Source: Actinomycetes bacterium (GTDB lineage: Bacteria; Actinomycetota; Acidimicrobiia; Acidimicrobiales; Bog-793). From it: a stretch of DNA of 64,000 nt. This document shows, one piece after another, positions 9,301-17,756 of this stretch. A program made the translations under genes and the position numbers. Each line of letters starts with the position of its first letter. The first letter of the stretch is position 1. The notes beneath the pieces were generated by a model. The model did not search any database. It was not told the origin of the DNA and saw only the letters and a program-made list of their open reading frames with translations. The stretch covers positions 10,775-74,774 of the forward strand of contig JAJZZB010000001.1 in the NCBI GenBank assembly GCA_021797795.1, read 5' to 3'.

Positions 9301-10116
9301 ATGCTGGCGATCCCACCGGCGGTGCTGGCCGAAGCCGAGGCGCTCGGCCTGGGCGGCTGGGCAGGCGAGCTCGAAGCCTCCCTGTCGTGGGCGCAGGCCA
9401 GCTGGGACCTCACGATCGGCAGAGCCTACGACTGCGCCACCGAGGCCTTCCTCCCAGAGGCGACGCAGCGCGACGGCCCTCCCGCAGTGCTGAAGGTCCC
9501 GCTCGCGATCGGCGCCCCCGTGCCCAACGAGATCGCCGTGCTGCAGCTGGCCGGCGGCAGGGCCGTCGCCGCGCTCCTCACCTGCGACGAGCAGCGCCGG
9601 CTGCTCCTCCTCGAGCGTCTGGGCACGCCCATGTCGGCCCTCGGCATCCCGGTCGACACCCGGCGGGAGTTGCTCTGCGGCGGCGCCAGCGGGTGGGAGG
9701 AGCTCGACCGCCGGTGCTCGTCGCGGGCGATCGACCACGCCCTCGCCTGCGCCGAGCGCCGGAACGCCGCCCACGACGGCCGGCGGGCCGTGCTCGTGCA
9801 CGGGGACGTCCACCGGTGGAACGCCCTCGGAGCGCCGGATGGCTTCAAGCTGGTCGATCCCGCCGGTCTCCTGGCCGAGCCGGAGCTCGACCTCGGCGTG
9901 ATCACGCGGGAGGACCCCCTCGAGCTCATCGTGTCCGACCCGTTCGCACGGGCGCAGCGGCTCGCTGCCTTGACCGGCCTGCAGGCGGAGGCGATCTGGC
10001 AGTGGGGCGTGCTCGAGCGGGTCTCCACCGGCCTGCTGGCCCTCCGCATCGGTCTCCAGCCGATCGGCTCGCAGATGCTGCGTGCGGCCGAGGCGGAGGC
10101 GGACGGCGCCTGGTGA
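9301..10116 (+). CDS. aminoglycoside/streptomycin 6-kinase-like phosphotransferase (APH family)
   Basis: ATG 9301. Kinase-like catalytic loop VLVHGDVHRWNAL and KLVDPAG (Brenner/DFG-like). Confidence 0.75.
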   Translation: MLAIPPAVLAEAEALGLGGWAGELEASLSWAQASWDLTIGRAYDCATEAFLPEATQRDGPPAVLKVPLAIGAPVPNEIAVLQLAGGRAVAALLTCDEQRRLLLLERLGTPMSALGIPVDTRRELLCGGASGWEELDRRCSSRAIDHALACAERRNAAHDGRRAVLVHGDVHRWNALGAPDGFKLVDPAGLLAEPELDLGVITREDPLELIVSDPFARAQRLAALTGLQAEAIWQWGVLERVSTGLLALRIGLQPIGSQMLRAAEAEADGAW

Positions 10117-11000
10117 CCCCAGGCTCGGGTGGCGACCTCCGGATCCCGGCGAACCTGGCGGGGTCGGCCAGGCGAGAGGGCCGGCTCGGCTGGCTCGAGG
10201 CGCTGCCGGCACTGGTCTCGCAGACGGCCGGGCGCCTCGGCCTCGTGCTGGGCGAGCCGTACGAGCCGGGCGGCCGCAACGCCTGGGTGGCGCCGGGGCG
10301 GACGGCGACCGGCGACGATGTCGTCGTGAAGGTGGCCTGGCGGCATCCCGAGGCGAGGGACGAGGCAGAGGGACTTCGCCTGGCCGGCGGCGAGGGAATG
10401 GTCAGGCTGCTCTCGGAGGAGTCGTGCGGCGAGAGCACGGTGCTCCTCCTCGAGCGGTGCGTCCCGGGTACGCCCCTCTCCGAGCGCCCGGAGCCGGAGC
10501 AGGATCTGGTCATCGCCGGCCTGCTGCGGCGGCTGTGGCAGGTGTCGCCCGATGCCGGCTCCTTCCGATCCCTCGAGTCGATGTGCCGCCGGTGGACCGA
10601 GGAGTACGCGGCGCGCCCCGACCACGAGAGATCCCTGGTCGACCCCGGCCTCGCGAGAGAGGGCATCGCCCTGTTCGGCTCCCTTTGCCGGCCCGCCCCC
10701 GACGACGTCCTGCTCTGCACGGACCTGCACGCCGGGAATGTGCTCGCCGCCACCCGCGAGCCCTGGCTCGGGATCGACCCGAAGCCGTACGTGGGGGACC
10801 GCACCTACGACGTCCTCCAGCACCTGCTCAATTGCCGGAGCCGGCTCGCGAGGGACCCGCTCGGCCTGGTCGGGAGGATGGCCGATCTCGCCGGGCTCGA
10901 GGCGGACCGCCTCCGGCTCTGGCTCTTCGCCCGCTGCGTCCAGCAGTCGCCCGGCTGGCCGTTCCTCGCCCCTGTGGCGCGCCGGCTCGCGCCGGGGTGA
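10113..11000 (+). CDS. aminoglycoside/streptomycin 6-kinase-like phosphotransferase (APH family), paralogue
   Basis: GTG 10113 overlaps the upstream stop (GTGA). Motifs VVVKVAW, LLCTDLHAGNVLA and LGIDPKPYVGD. Confidence 0.75.
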   Translation: MTPGSGGDLRIPANLAGSARREGRLGWLEALPALVSQTAGRLGLVLGEPYEPGGRNAWVAPGRTATGDDVVVKVAWRHPEARDEAEGLRLAGGEGMVRLLSEESCGESTVLLLERCVPGTPLSERPEPEQDLVIAGLLRRLWQVSPDAGSFRSLESMCRRWTEEYAARPDHERSLVDPGLAREGIALFGSLCRPAPDDVLLCTDLHAGNVLAATREPWLGIDPKPYVGDRTYDVLQHLLNCRSRLARDPLGLVGRMADLAGLEADRLRLWLFARCVQQSPGWPFLAPVARRLAPG

Positions 11001-11013
11001 GCGGGAGGCCTCG

Positions 11014-11243
11014 TCAGATCGAGAGCAACTGCCCCGAGGGGAAGGCGGGTCGCAAGTTCCCGACCTCGTGGCGAACAACTCGGCGTCCTCCTCGCAAAGG
11101 AGCGCCCGCTCGTGTGTCTCGAGATTGACCCACCCGACGGCACGGCCCTGCCCGGCGTGCACGTAGAGCCGGTCCGTCCCGAAGCGGCGCCACCGCTCGA
11201 CAGAGAGAGAACCGACGGGGTGCTGCTCGATGACGTCCCCCAC
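11014..11243 (-). pseudogene. orphan N-terminal gene fragment (no nearby in-frame stop)
   Basis: The first ~60 codons of ORF 9426..11243 look protein-like (MGDVIEQHPVGSLSVERWRRFGTDRLYVHAGQGRAVGWVNLETHERALL). The frame then runs antisense through both APH genes without a stop. A stop exists only in another frame, at 11014. Confidence 0.3.
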
Positions 11244-11362
11244 CGCCTGACGCCTTCGTCTCGACGTCTCTCATCGGCCCGAGGGCGGCGATACTTGAGC
11301 ACGCGGCCGCAGGGCGGCGGGCCGCCGAGCACGAGGACCGAGGAAGCATTGCAGGAGCAGGC

Positions 11363-13210
11363 GTGAACGAACGGGTGGACGAGCTGGGCTTCCGCGAACT
11401 CGTCGCACGGCTCGAGCCGCGGCTGCGGGAGGCCCTCATCGCCCTCTACGGACCCGGACGCGGCCGCGAGGCGACCGCCGCCTGCCTCGCCTGGGCCTTC
11501 GAGCACGGCGTCGGCGAGGGCGCCGAGGTCGCAGGAACGGTGCGCAGCCTGGTCGGGGTCGCCCAGCACCAGTCCTTCCTCCTCCGGACGCCTCCCCTGT
11601 TCGATCGCAGCGCCGGACGCGTGCCCTGGCTCGAACCAGGGCTCGCCTCGGCCCTGTCGGTCCTCCCGCGAGGTGACCGCGTCGCCGTCCTGCTCGTCCA
11701 CGGCGCAGGATGGACCACCGGCGAGGTCGCGGCCCTGCTCGACCTCGCCGAGGAGGCCGTCGAGAGCCGCGTCCGCCGCTGCCTGCCGAGGCTCCGCCGC
11801 TCGCTCGGACCGAGCGCGATCGCGCCGCCGGAGGAGGCCGAGGAGGCGGCCGAACGTGCCCGGCTGCTCGCCGTCGAGGAGGCGGCCCGGGACGAGGTGC
11901 TCGGGGAGCGCTTCCGCACCATGTTCCGCGACATCGTCGGTCCGGTGAGTGCCGACGAAGCCCTGCAGCCGGTCCTCATGCCGCTCGAGGAGCCCGCGCC
12001 CGGCCCGGGTCCGCGGCCATGGCGCCTCGTGGCTCTCGGGGTCGCCGTGCTCGTCCTCCTCGTCGTCGGCATCGTCATCGGCCTCGGCGCCACGCGCTCG
12101 ACGACGGTCACCGCCTACACCACCCCGGGGCCCGAGCCGCTGCCGGGTGCGCTCTCGGACTCGGTGATCGTCGTGCCCAACCCTCCCCAGACGACCGGGC
12201 CCCATCCGGCGAAGCTGCGGGCGGTCTACGAGGTGGACGCCGAGACGAACCGCACGCTGCGCACGCCCGTCGCCCTCGAGGTGCCCGCCGCGTCCAACCC
12301 CGTGGCGACCGGTCCCTTCGTCGTCGACGTCGTCTTCCACAACCTGCGCTCCCGCCCGAACGCCGGCGAGGCGATCGCCTTCCGCTCGGCCTCCACCAAG
12401 ACGGTGGACCTCGGCCCGGCCTCCATCGCCTACCCCGGCCTGCGGTCGGGCACGGTGTGGCTGCTGCTCCACAACTCGACGCTGTCGGGCGAGCGCTCAC
12501 GGCGGTGCTCGCTGCGTGAGGTGTCGCTGACGGGAGGCCTGCTGGTCCCGCCGGCACGGGTCCCGTGCGCATGGCAGTTCCTCGACGCCGTGCAAGGAGG
12601 TGTGCTCGTCCTCGCCCCGCCCGGGGTCACAGAGGTCTGGCACCCGAGGACCGGGCTCACGGCGCCTCTCCCCGGCTTCTCGGCACCGCTCGTCGAGGCG
12701 GTCGGCTCGACCGCCGTCGCCGAGCACTGGACCCAGTTCTGCTCGGTCGAGTGCCGGCTATGGGTCGCCAACCCGGTCTCCTTGCACATCGTCGACGTCC
12801 ACCTCGGCACGCCGACCGGCGTCTCGCTCACCACCTCGGCGGCGCTCTCGCCGAACGGCCGGTTCCTCGCCGTGGCCGCGCTCCCGATCGGGGTCGCCAC
12901 CACGATCGAGAACTCGCCCATCGTCTCGGCGGGCTGCTGTAACACGGGAACGCGGCGGGTGGAAGGCCGCCTCGTCATCATCCGGGTCGCCACGGGCCAG
13001 GTTGCGATGTCCCGTCCGGCAACCTTCCTCGACCCGCCGGTGGTCGAGTGGGCACCGGACGGCAGCTACGTCTTCCTCACGCGCTCGCTGCATGCCGTCG
13101 AGGCGGTGCCGGTCTGGGCGGACGGGGCCCCGGTGCACGTCATCCGCTTTCCCACCCGGGTGACCACTCCCCCCGACCCGGGCGAGCGCTTCCTCGTCGT
13201 GAACCGGTGA
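11363..13210 (+). CDS. ECF/sigma-70-like domain fused via one TM helix to a large extracytoplasmic domain
   Basis: The N-terminal ~150 aa have sigma region 2/4 character (LSVLPRGDRVAVLLVHGAGWTTGEVAALLDLAEEAVESRVRRCLPRLRRSL). TM helix WRLVALGVAVLVLLVVGIVIGLG. The C-terminal ~370 aa carry TolB-like SPNGRFLAV and WAPDGSYVFL strands. Confidence 0.7.
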   Translation: MNERVDELGFRELVARLEPRLREALIALYGPGRGREATAACLAWAFEHGVGEGAEVAGTVRSLVGVAQHQSFLLRTPPLFDRSAGRVPWLEPGLASALSVLPRGDRVAVLLVHGAGWTTGEVAALLDLAEEAVESRVRRCLPRLRRSLGPSAIAPPEEAEEAAERARLLAVEEAARDEVLGERFRTMFRDIVGPVSADEALQPVLMPLEEPAPGPGPRPWRLVALGVAVLVLLVVGIVIGLGATRSTTVTAYTTPGPEPLPGALSDSVIVVPNPPQTTGPHPAKLRAVYEVDAETNRTLRTPVALEVPAASNPVATGPFVVDVVFHNLRSRPNAGEAIAFRSASTKTVDLGPASIAYPGLRSGTVWLLLHNSTLSGERSRRCSLREVSLTGGLLVPPARVPCAWQFLDAVQGGVLVLAPPGVTEVWHPRTGLTAPLPGFSAPLVEAVGSTAVAEHWTQFCSVECRLWVANPVSLHIVDVHLGTPTGVSLTTSAALSPNGRFLAVAALPIGVATTIENSPIVSAGCCNTGTRRVEGRLVIIRVATGQVAMSRPATFLDPPVVEWAPDGSYVFLTRSLHAVEAVPVWADGAPVHVIRFPTRVTTPPDPGERFLVVNR

Positions 13211-13226
13211 GGCGGCCGCCCGGCGG

Positions 13227-13751
13227 CTACTCGGCCCAGTAGTTCGCCGGGTGCTCGAGGAACTCCTCGAGCGTCATCGGAGGACCCGGGTGCTCGCCGG
13301 GATCGAAGCCGGGCTGGGCGAGCTGGATGAGCGCGCCCCCGGCCGAGCGGGGATGGAGGAAGCACTCCTTCCAGAGCGGGACCTCGAGGAAGATCCCGAA
13401 CGGCTCGATCCCCGTCCTCCGGCAGGCGTCGATCGCCTCCTCGATGTCGGGGACGAGATAGGTGACGTGGTGGAGTCCTCCGTCGCCCATCTTGGCGAGG
13501 AAGCTGTCGAGGAAGGACGAACCCTCCGTGGGCTCGAGCAGCTCGATCTTCCCGCCGCCCTCGAAGCGGAGGTGGACGGTGCGAAATCCGACCCTCGGGT
13601 TCTCGCCGCCGCCGATGAACTCACCCCCGAGCAGGTCCCTGTACACCGGGAGCAGGCTCCTGATGGAGGAGGCGGCATGCGCCACATGGTCGTAGGTCGC
13701 CCGCAGAAGCGGGCCCCGCGGCAACTCGGTTCGCTCGGGCACGGCCGCCAA
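13227..13751 (-). CDS. VOC family protein (glyoxalase/methylmalonyl-CoA epimerase-like)
   Basis: YDHVAHA..., ELLEPTEGSSFLDSFLAKMGDGGLHHVTYLVPDIEEA is typical of the vicinal oxygen chelate fold. Confidence 0.8.
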   Translation of the reverse strand: MAAVPERTELPRGPLLRATYDHVAHAASSIRSLLPVYRDLLGGEFIGGGENPRVGFRTVHLRFEGGGKIELLEPTEGSSFLDSFLAKMGDGGLHHVTYLVPDIEEAIDACRRTGIEPFGIFLEVPLWKECFLHPRSAGGALIQLAQPGFDPGEHPGPPMTLEEFLEHPANYWAE

Positions 13752-13860
13752 ATATAGGAGCGGCGCCTCGCCGTCCGGTCCGGGCCCCTCCCCGCCCGTC
13801 GCCCCGGGTCGGGCCCAGTATGCCGAACGACCCCGGGACGAGGGCCGCCGGCGGGCGTGC

Positions 13861-14433
13861 TCAGCGGACCCTTCTGAGGGGCGTCGGCCGCTGCGAGACC
13901 TCGTCGACGAAGCCAGCGAGGTGGGCCTCCTCTGCGGTGAGGTACCTGCCCTCGGCGCACCACCGCTCCACCTCCGAGACCGGCGTGCTGCTCGAGCGTG
14001 CGAGCACCTCGTGGAACCGTCGGACCATGTCGAGATGCGAGGCGACCGTGTGCTCCAGCTGCGAGGAAGGCGCCTCGAGGGTGACCTCGGGGTCGCAGAG
14101 GCGGAACTGGGTGTGAGGAAGGGCGAGCCGGTGCGAGCAGACTGCCGCCACAGCCACCGCCGTTCCCTCGAGACGTCCGAGGCAGACGGCGTTCACGGGA
14201 ACGCCGAGCATCTCGATCACGTCGACGAGGGCGAAGGCCGAGCTGAGCGGGCCACCGGAGCTGTCGATCTGCAGCGTGAGGGCGGAGTCACCCGTCGCGT
14301 CGAGCGTCATGAGCTCGGTGGCCACCCGGGTGGCCACCGGGTCGTCGAGCGGGCCCTTCACGACCGCGATCCGCCGGTCGAAGAGGAAGCCCTCCAGCCA
14401 GTCGCCGAACTCGGGACGTGTTGTCTCCATCAC
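13861..14433 (-). CDS. ClpP-family paralogue lacking the catalytic triad (predicted inactive)
   Basis: Aligns by eye along its whole length with ClpP (LQIDSSGGPLSSAFALVDVIEML..., RYLTAEEAHLAGFVDEV). GQAASMG is replaced by GRLEGTA, IMIHQP by FRLCDP, and ERDR by AEGR. Confidence 0.75.
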   Translation of the reverse strand: MMETTRPEFGDWLEGFLFDRRIAVVKGPLDDPVATRVATELMTLDATGDSALTLQIDSSGGPLSSAFALVDVIEMLGVPVNAVCLGRLEGTAVAVAAVCSHRLALPHTQFRLCDPEVTLEAPSSQLEHTVASHLDMVRRFHEVLARSSSTPVSEVERWCAEGRYLTAEEAHLAGFVDEVSQRPTPLRRVR

Positions 14434-14699
14434 CTGTCCTCTCTGGTCAGCCGGAGCTCGAGGGAGGCCTCGAGGGCCGCCGCGTAGCGCTCGAGCGTGG
14501 AGACGCGAATGTCGGCCTCCCCGGACTCGAGCCGGGCGACGGCGGATTGGGAGGTACCCATCCGGGCGGCCACCTCGGTCTGGGTGAGGCCGAGGGCCAT
14601 CCGCTGCTCGACGAGCCGTCCGACGAACTCGCGGCGCCGGGCGGCGATCTGCTTGAAGCCCGGGAAGACCGGCTCGTGCCGGCGCTCGTCTCTGCTCAT
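14430..14699 (-). CDS. XRE-family helix-turn-helix transcriptional regulator (ClgR/HigA-like)
   Basis: LGLTQTEVAARMGTSQSAVARLESGEADIRVSTLERYAAAL. The stop overlaps the start of the ClpP-like gene. Confidence 0.85.
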   Translation of the reverse strand: MSRDERRHEPVFPGFKQIAARRREFVGRLVEQRMALGLTQTEVAARMGTSQSAVARLESGEADIRVSTLERYAAALEASLELRLTREDR

Positions 14700-14712
14700 C
14701 GCGCGTCTATCT

Positions 14713-14725
14713 TATCTATGAGATA
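14713..14725. promoter_or_regulatory. palindrome TATCT-ATG-AGATA in the AT-rich divergent intergenic region (candidate operator)
   Basis: Read directly from the sequence. It lies between the XRE gene start (14699) and the clpP start (14756). An RBS AAGGAAGG sits at 14741-14748. Confidence 0.35.
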
Positions 14726-14755
14726 CCGAAAACGATATACAAGGAAGGCCGTGAC

Positions 14756-15445
14756 ATGGACATCCGCCATTCCATCATCCCGACGGTGCTGGACCAGACC
14801 GCCCGCGGCGACCGGTCCTACGACATCTTCTCGCTCCTGCTGCGTGAGCGGATCGTCTTCCTCGGCCAGGAGGTGGACGAGCAGATCGCCAACCTCCTCG
14901 TGGCCGAGATCCTCTACCTCGAGGCCGAGGACCCGGAGAAGGACATCCACCTCTACATCAACTCCCCCGGCGGCCTCGGCTACGCCGGCATGGCGATCTA
15001 CGACGTGATGCAGCACGTGAGATGCGAGGTCTCGACCATCTGCGTCGGCATGGGGATGTCGGCCGCTGCCATGATCCTGGCCGGCGGGGCAACCGGGAAG
15101 CGCTACGCCCTCCCGAACGCGAAGATCATGATCCACGAGGGGTCGGCCGGAACGCGGGGCGCTCCGCGCGACATGGAGATCCACCTGCGCGAGGTGCTGG
15201 CGACGACCCGCAGGATGGTCGAGATCCTCGCCCACCACACGGGCCGGGCGATCGACGAGGTGGCACGCGACATCGAGCGGGACCGCTACATGACGGCCGA
15301 GGAGGCCGTCGCCTACGGGCTCGTCGACGAGATCATCGTCCCCCGCAGGGGTGTCTCGGCTCCGAGGGACCGGGCAGCCCTCTCGGAGGGGGCGCTGTCG
15401 GGCGAGCCGGCCGACGTCTCCCTCGCCGAGGCCGTCGCCTCCTGA
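14756..15445 (+). CDS. clpP: ATP-dependent Clp protease proteolytic subunit
   Basis: SYDIFSLLLRERIVFLG, YINSPGG, GMGMSAAAMILAGG (Ser), IMIHEG (His), ERDRYMTAEEAVAYGLVDEI (Asp). There is a ~35-aa C-terminal extension. Confidence 0.9.
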   Translation: MDIRHSIIPTVLDQTARGDRSYDIFSLLLRERIVFLGQEVDEQIANLLVAEILYLEAEDPEKDIHLYINSPGGLGYAGMAIYDVMQHVRCEVSTICVGMGMSAAAMILAGGATGKRYALPNAKIMIHEGSAGTRGAPRDMEIHLREVLATTRRMVEILAHHTGRAIDEVARDIERDRYMTAEEAVAYGLVDEIIVPRRGVSAPRDRAALSEGALSGEPADVSLAEAVAS

Positions 15446-15538
15446 GGCTCCGGGCGTCCGCCCGTGCCGGTAGGGTGTCGCCCGTGCGCAGCTGATCTTT
15501 CGTCGAGCCCACCTGTCCTTCGAGCTCCGGGAGACGCC

Positions 15539-17212
15539 GTGCCACTCTCGTCCAGTCCTCAGACCCTGGCGACGCTCGTCGCCCATCAGATCTCGAAGTT
15601 CCGCGGCCTCGCACCTGTGCTCGTCGAGGTCGACCTCAGCCTCGGGAGCGAACACCGCCTCGGCGTCATCGGACCGAACGGCGTCGGCAAGACGACGCTG
15701 CTCAGGATCCTCGCCGGCATGGAGGAGGCCGACTCGGGACGCCTGTCGCTGCTACCGCCGACGGCGACCGTCGGCTACCTCGCCCAGGAGCCCGTCCCCG
15801 AGGCCGGTGAGACGCTGCGCCGCGAGCTCGGGCGCCGGACGGGCGTCGACGGGGCAGAGCAGGATCTCGAGCGGGCGGCCGAGTCCCTGGCGGCGGGGCA
15901 CCCTCGTGCCGAGGAGGCCTACGCAGGCGCCCTCGAGCGGTACCTCTCTCTCGGCGCGTTCGACTTCGACGCCCGTGCCCTCGAGCTCTTCGACGAGCTC
16001 GGGCTCCCCGAGCGCCTCCTCGCGGTCCCGACGGCTGGCCTCTCGGGCGGGCAGCGGGCGAAGGCCTCGCTGGCGGCGCTGCTGCTGTCGCGCTTCGACG
16101 TCCTGTTGCTCGACGAGCCGACGAACAACCTCGACTTCGAGGGCCTCGAGCTCCTCGAGGCCTTCCTCAGGGAGCGGGCGGGGGCCCTGGCGGTCGTCTC
16201 GCACGACCGGGCGTTCCTCGAGCAGGTGGTGACCGACGTCCTCGAGATCGACGAGGGCTCGCACCGGGCCGCCCTCTACGGAGGTGGCTTCTCCGCCTAC
16301 CTGGAGGCGAGAGCGACCGCCCGGCGACATGCCACCGAGGCCTTCGAGGCCTACGTCGACGAGCGCTCCCGCCTGCGGGCACGAGAGCGGGAGCAGCGCC
16401 AGTGGGCGGCCCAGGGGGTCGGCCGCGAACGCCGCGCCCCGAAGGACAATGACAAGGCGCAACGGGACTTCCGGATCAACCGCACCGAGAAGCAGGCCTC
16501 CAAGGTGCGCATCACCGAGAAGGCCCTCGAGCGCCTCGAGGTGGTCGAGCGACCGTACGAACCCTGGCGCCTCGATCTCGACCTGGCGGCCGCCCGGCGC
16601 TCGGGCGACGTGGTCGCCCGGCTCGAGCAGGCAGTCGTCGAGCGGGGGGAGTGGCGCCTCGGTCCGGTCGATCTCGAGCTCTCCTGGGCCGAGCGGGTGG
16701 CGGTGCTCGGGCCGAACGGCAGCGGCAAGTCGACGCTCATCGGGGCGCTGCTCGGCCGTCTCGAGCTCGCCGCCGGCCGGCGCCACCTCGGGCCGTCGGT
16801 GGTCGTGGGTGAGCTCGGGCAGGAACGTGACCGCTTCGCCGGCTCGGGGCGCTCCCTCGTCGAGGAATTCCTCGCCGCCACGGCGCTCCCCGTGGCCGAG
16901 GGGCGCTCGCTGCTCGCCAAGTTCGGTCTCGGCGCCGGGCACGTCGGCCGGTCGGCCGCCTCCCTGTCGCCCGGGGAGCGGACGCGGGCCGAGCTCGCCC
17001 TGTTGGCGGCGCGGGGCACCAACTGCCTCGTCCTCGACGAGCCGACGAACCACCTCGACCTGCCCGCCATCGAACAGCTCGAGCAGGCCCTCTCGCAATG
17101 GCAGGGAACGCTCGTGCTCGTCACACATGACCGCCGTCTGCTCGAGGCGGTCACGGTCGGCCGCCACGTTCGCCTCGAGCAAGGCAGGGTCGTGGGCGAC
17201 GAGCGTGCCTAG
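15539..17212 (+). CDS. ABC-F family ATPase (two ABC domains, no TM domain)
   Basis: Walker A GPNGVGKTT and GPNGSGKST; signatures LSGGQRAK and LSPGERTR; a charged inter-domain linker. GTG 15539 follows GGGAGA. Confidence 0.85.
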   Translation: MPLSSSPQTLATLVAHQISKFRGLAPVLVEVDLSLGSEHRLGVIGPNGVGKTTLLRILAGMEEADSGRLSLLPPTATVGYLAQEPVPEAGETLRRELGRRTGVDGAEQDLERAAESLAAGHPRAEEAYAGALERYLSLGAFDFDARALELFDELGLPERLLAVPTAGLSGGQRAKASLAALLLSRFDVLLLDEPTNNLDFEGLELLEAFLRERAGALAVVSHDRAFLEQVVTDVLEIDEGSHRAALYGGGFSAYLEARATARRHATEAFEAYVDERSRLRAREREQRQWAAQGVGRERRAPKDNDKAQRDFRINRTEKQASKVRITEKALERLEVVERPYEPWRLDLDLAAARRSGDVVARLEQAVVERGEWRLGPVDLELSWAERVAVLGPNGSGKSTLIGALLGRLELAAGRRHLGPSVVVGELGQERDRFAGSGRSLVEEFLAATALPVAEGRSLLAKFGLGAGHVGRSAASLSPGERTRAELALLAARGTNCLVLDEPTNHLDLPAIEQLEQALSQWQGTLVLVTHDRRLLEAVTVGRHVRLEQGRVVGDERA

Positions 17213-17221
17213 TCTCCGGGG

Positions 17222-17707
17222 ATGACCGCACCACTCTCTGACGAGCAGGCGATGGCCATCGCCCTCGAGGAGGCCGCTCTCGCGGCTGCCGGCGGGGACG
17301 TGCCCGTCGGCGCCGTCGTCCTCCTCGAGGGACGCGTCCTGTCGCGGCGGCACAACGAGCGGGAGGCCGCCTGCGACCCGACTGCGCACGCCGAGGTCCT
17401 CGCCCTTCGCGAGGCGGCGACGATCCTCGGTTCCTGGCGCCTCGGCGGAGCCACCCTCGTGGTCTCGCTCGAGCCGTGCCCCATGTGCGCCGGAGCAGCC
17501 GTGGCCGCGCGGGTGGGGCGTGTCGTCTACGGGGCCGCCGACCCGAAGGCCGGCGCCTGCGGCTCGCTGTACAACGTCTGCGCCGATCCGAGGCTCAACC
17601 ACGAGCCCGAGGTCCTCCCCGGCGTCCTCGGGGAGGACTGCGCCGAGCTCCTCCGGGGCTACTTCGAGAGCAAGAGGGAGCCCCCGGCCCGCAAGCCGGC
17701 GGGCTGA
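17222..17707 (+). CDS. tadA: tRNA adenosine(34) deaminase
   Basis: HAEVLALREA and LEPCPMCAGA zinc-binding motifs; size 161 aa. Confidence 0.9.
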   Translation: MTAPLSDEQAMAIALEEAALAAAGGDVPVGAVVLLEGRVLSRRHNEREAACDPTAHAEVLALREAATILGSWRLGGATLVVSLEPCPMCAGAAVAARVGRVVYGAADPKAGACGSLYNVCADPRLNHEPEVLPGVLGEDCAELLRGYFESKREPPARKPAG

Positions 17708-17756
17708 GCTCCTTCCCCGGCACCGCCTCCGCCTAGCCCACCCCTCTGGAGCCGAC

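Noticed and set aside
9426-11013. Remainder of the 605-aa minus-strand ORF 9426..11243.
   Set aside because: Beyond the first ~60-70 codons it is antisense junk over the two APH genes. Only the N-terminal fragment is reported, as a possible pseudogene.
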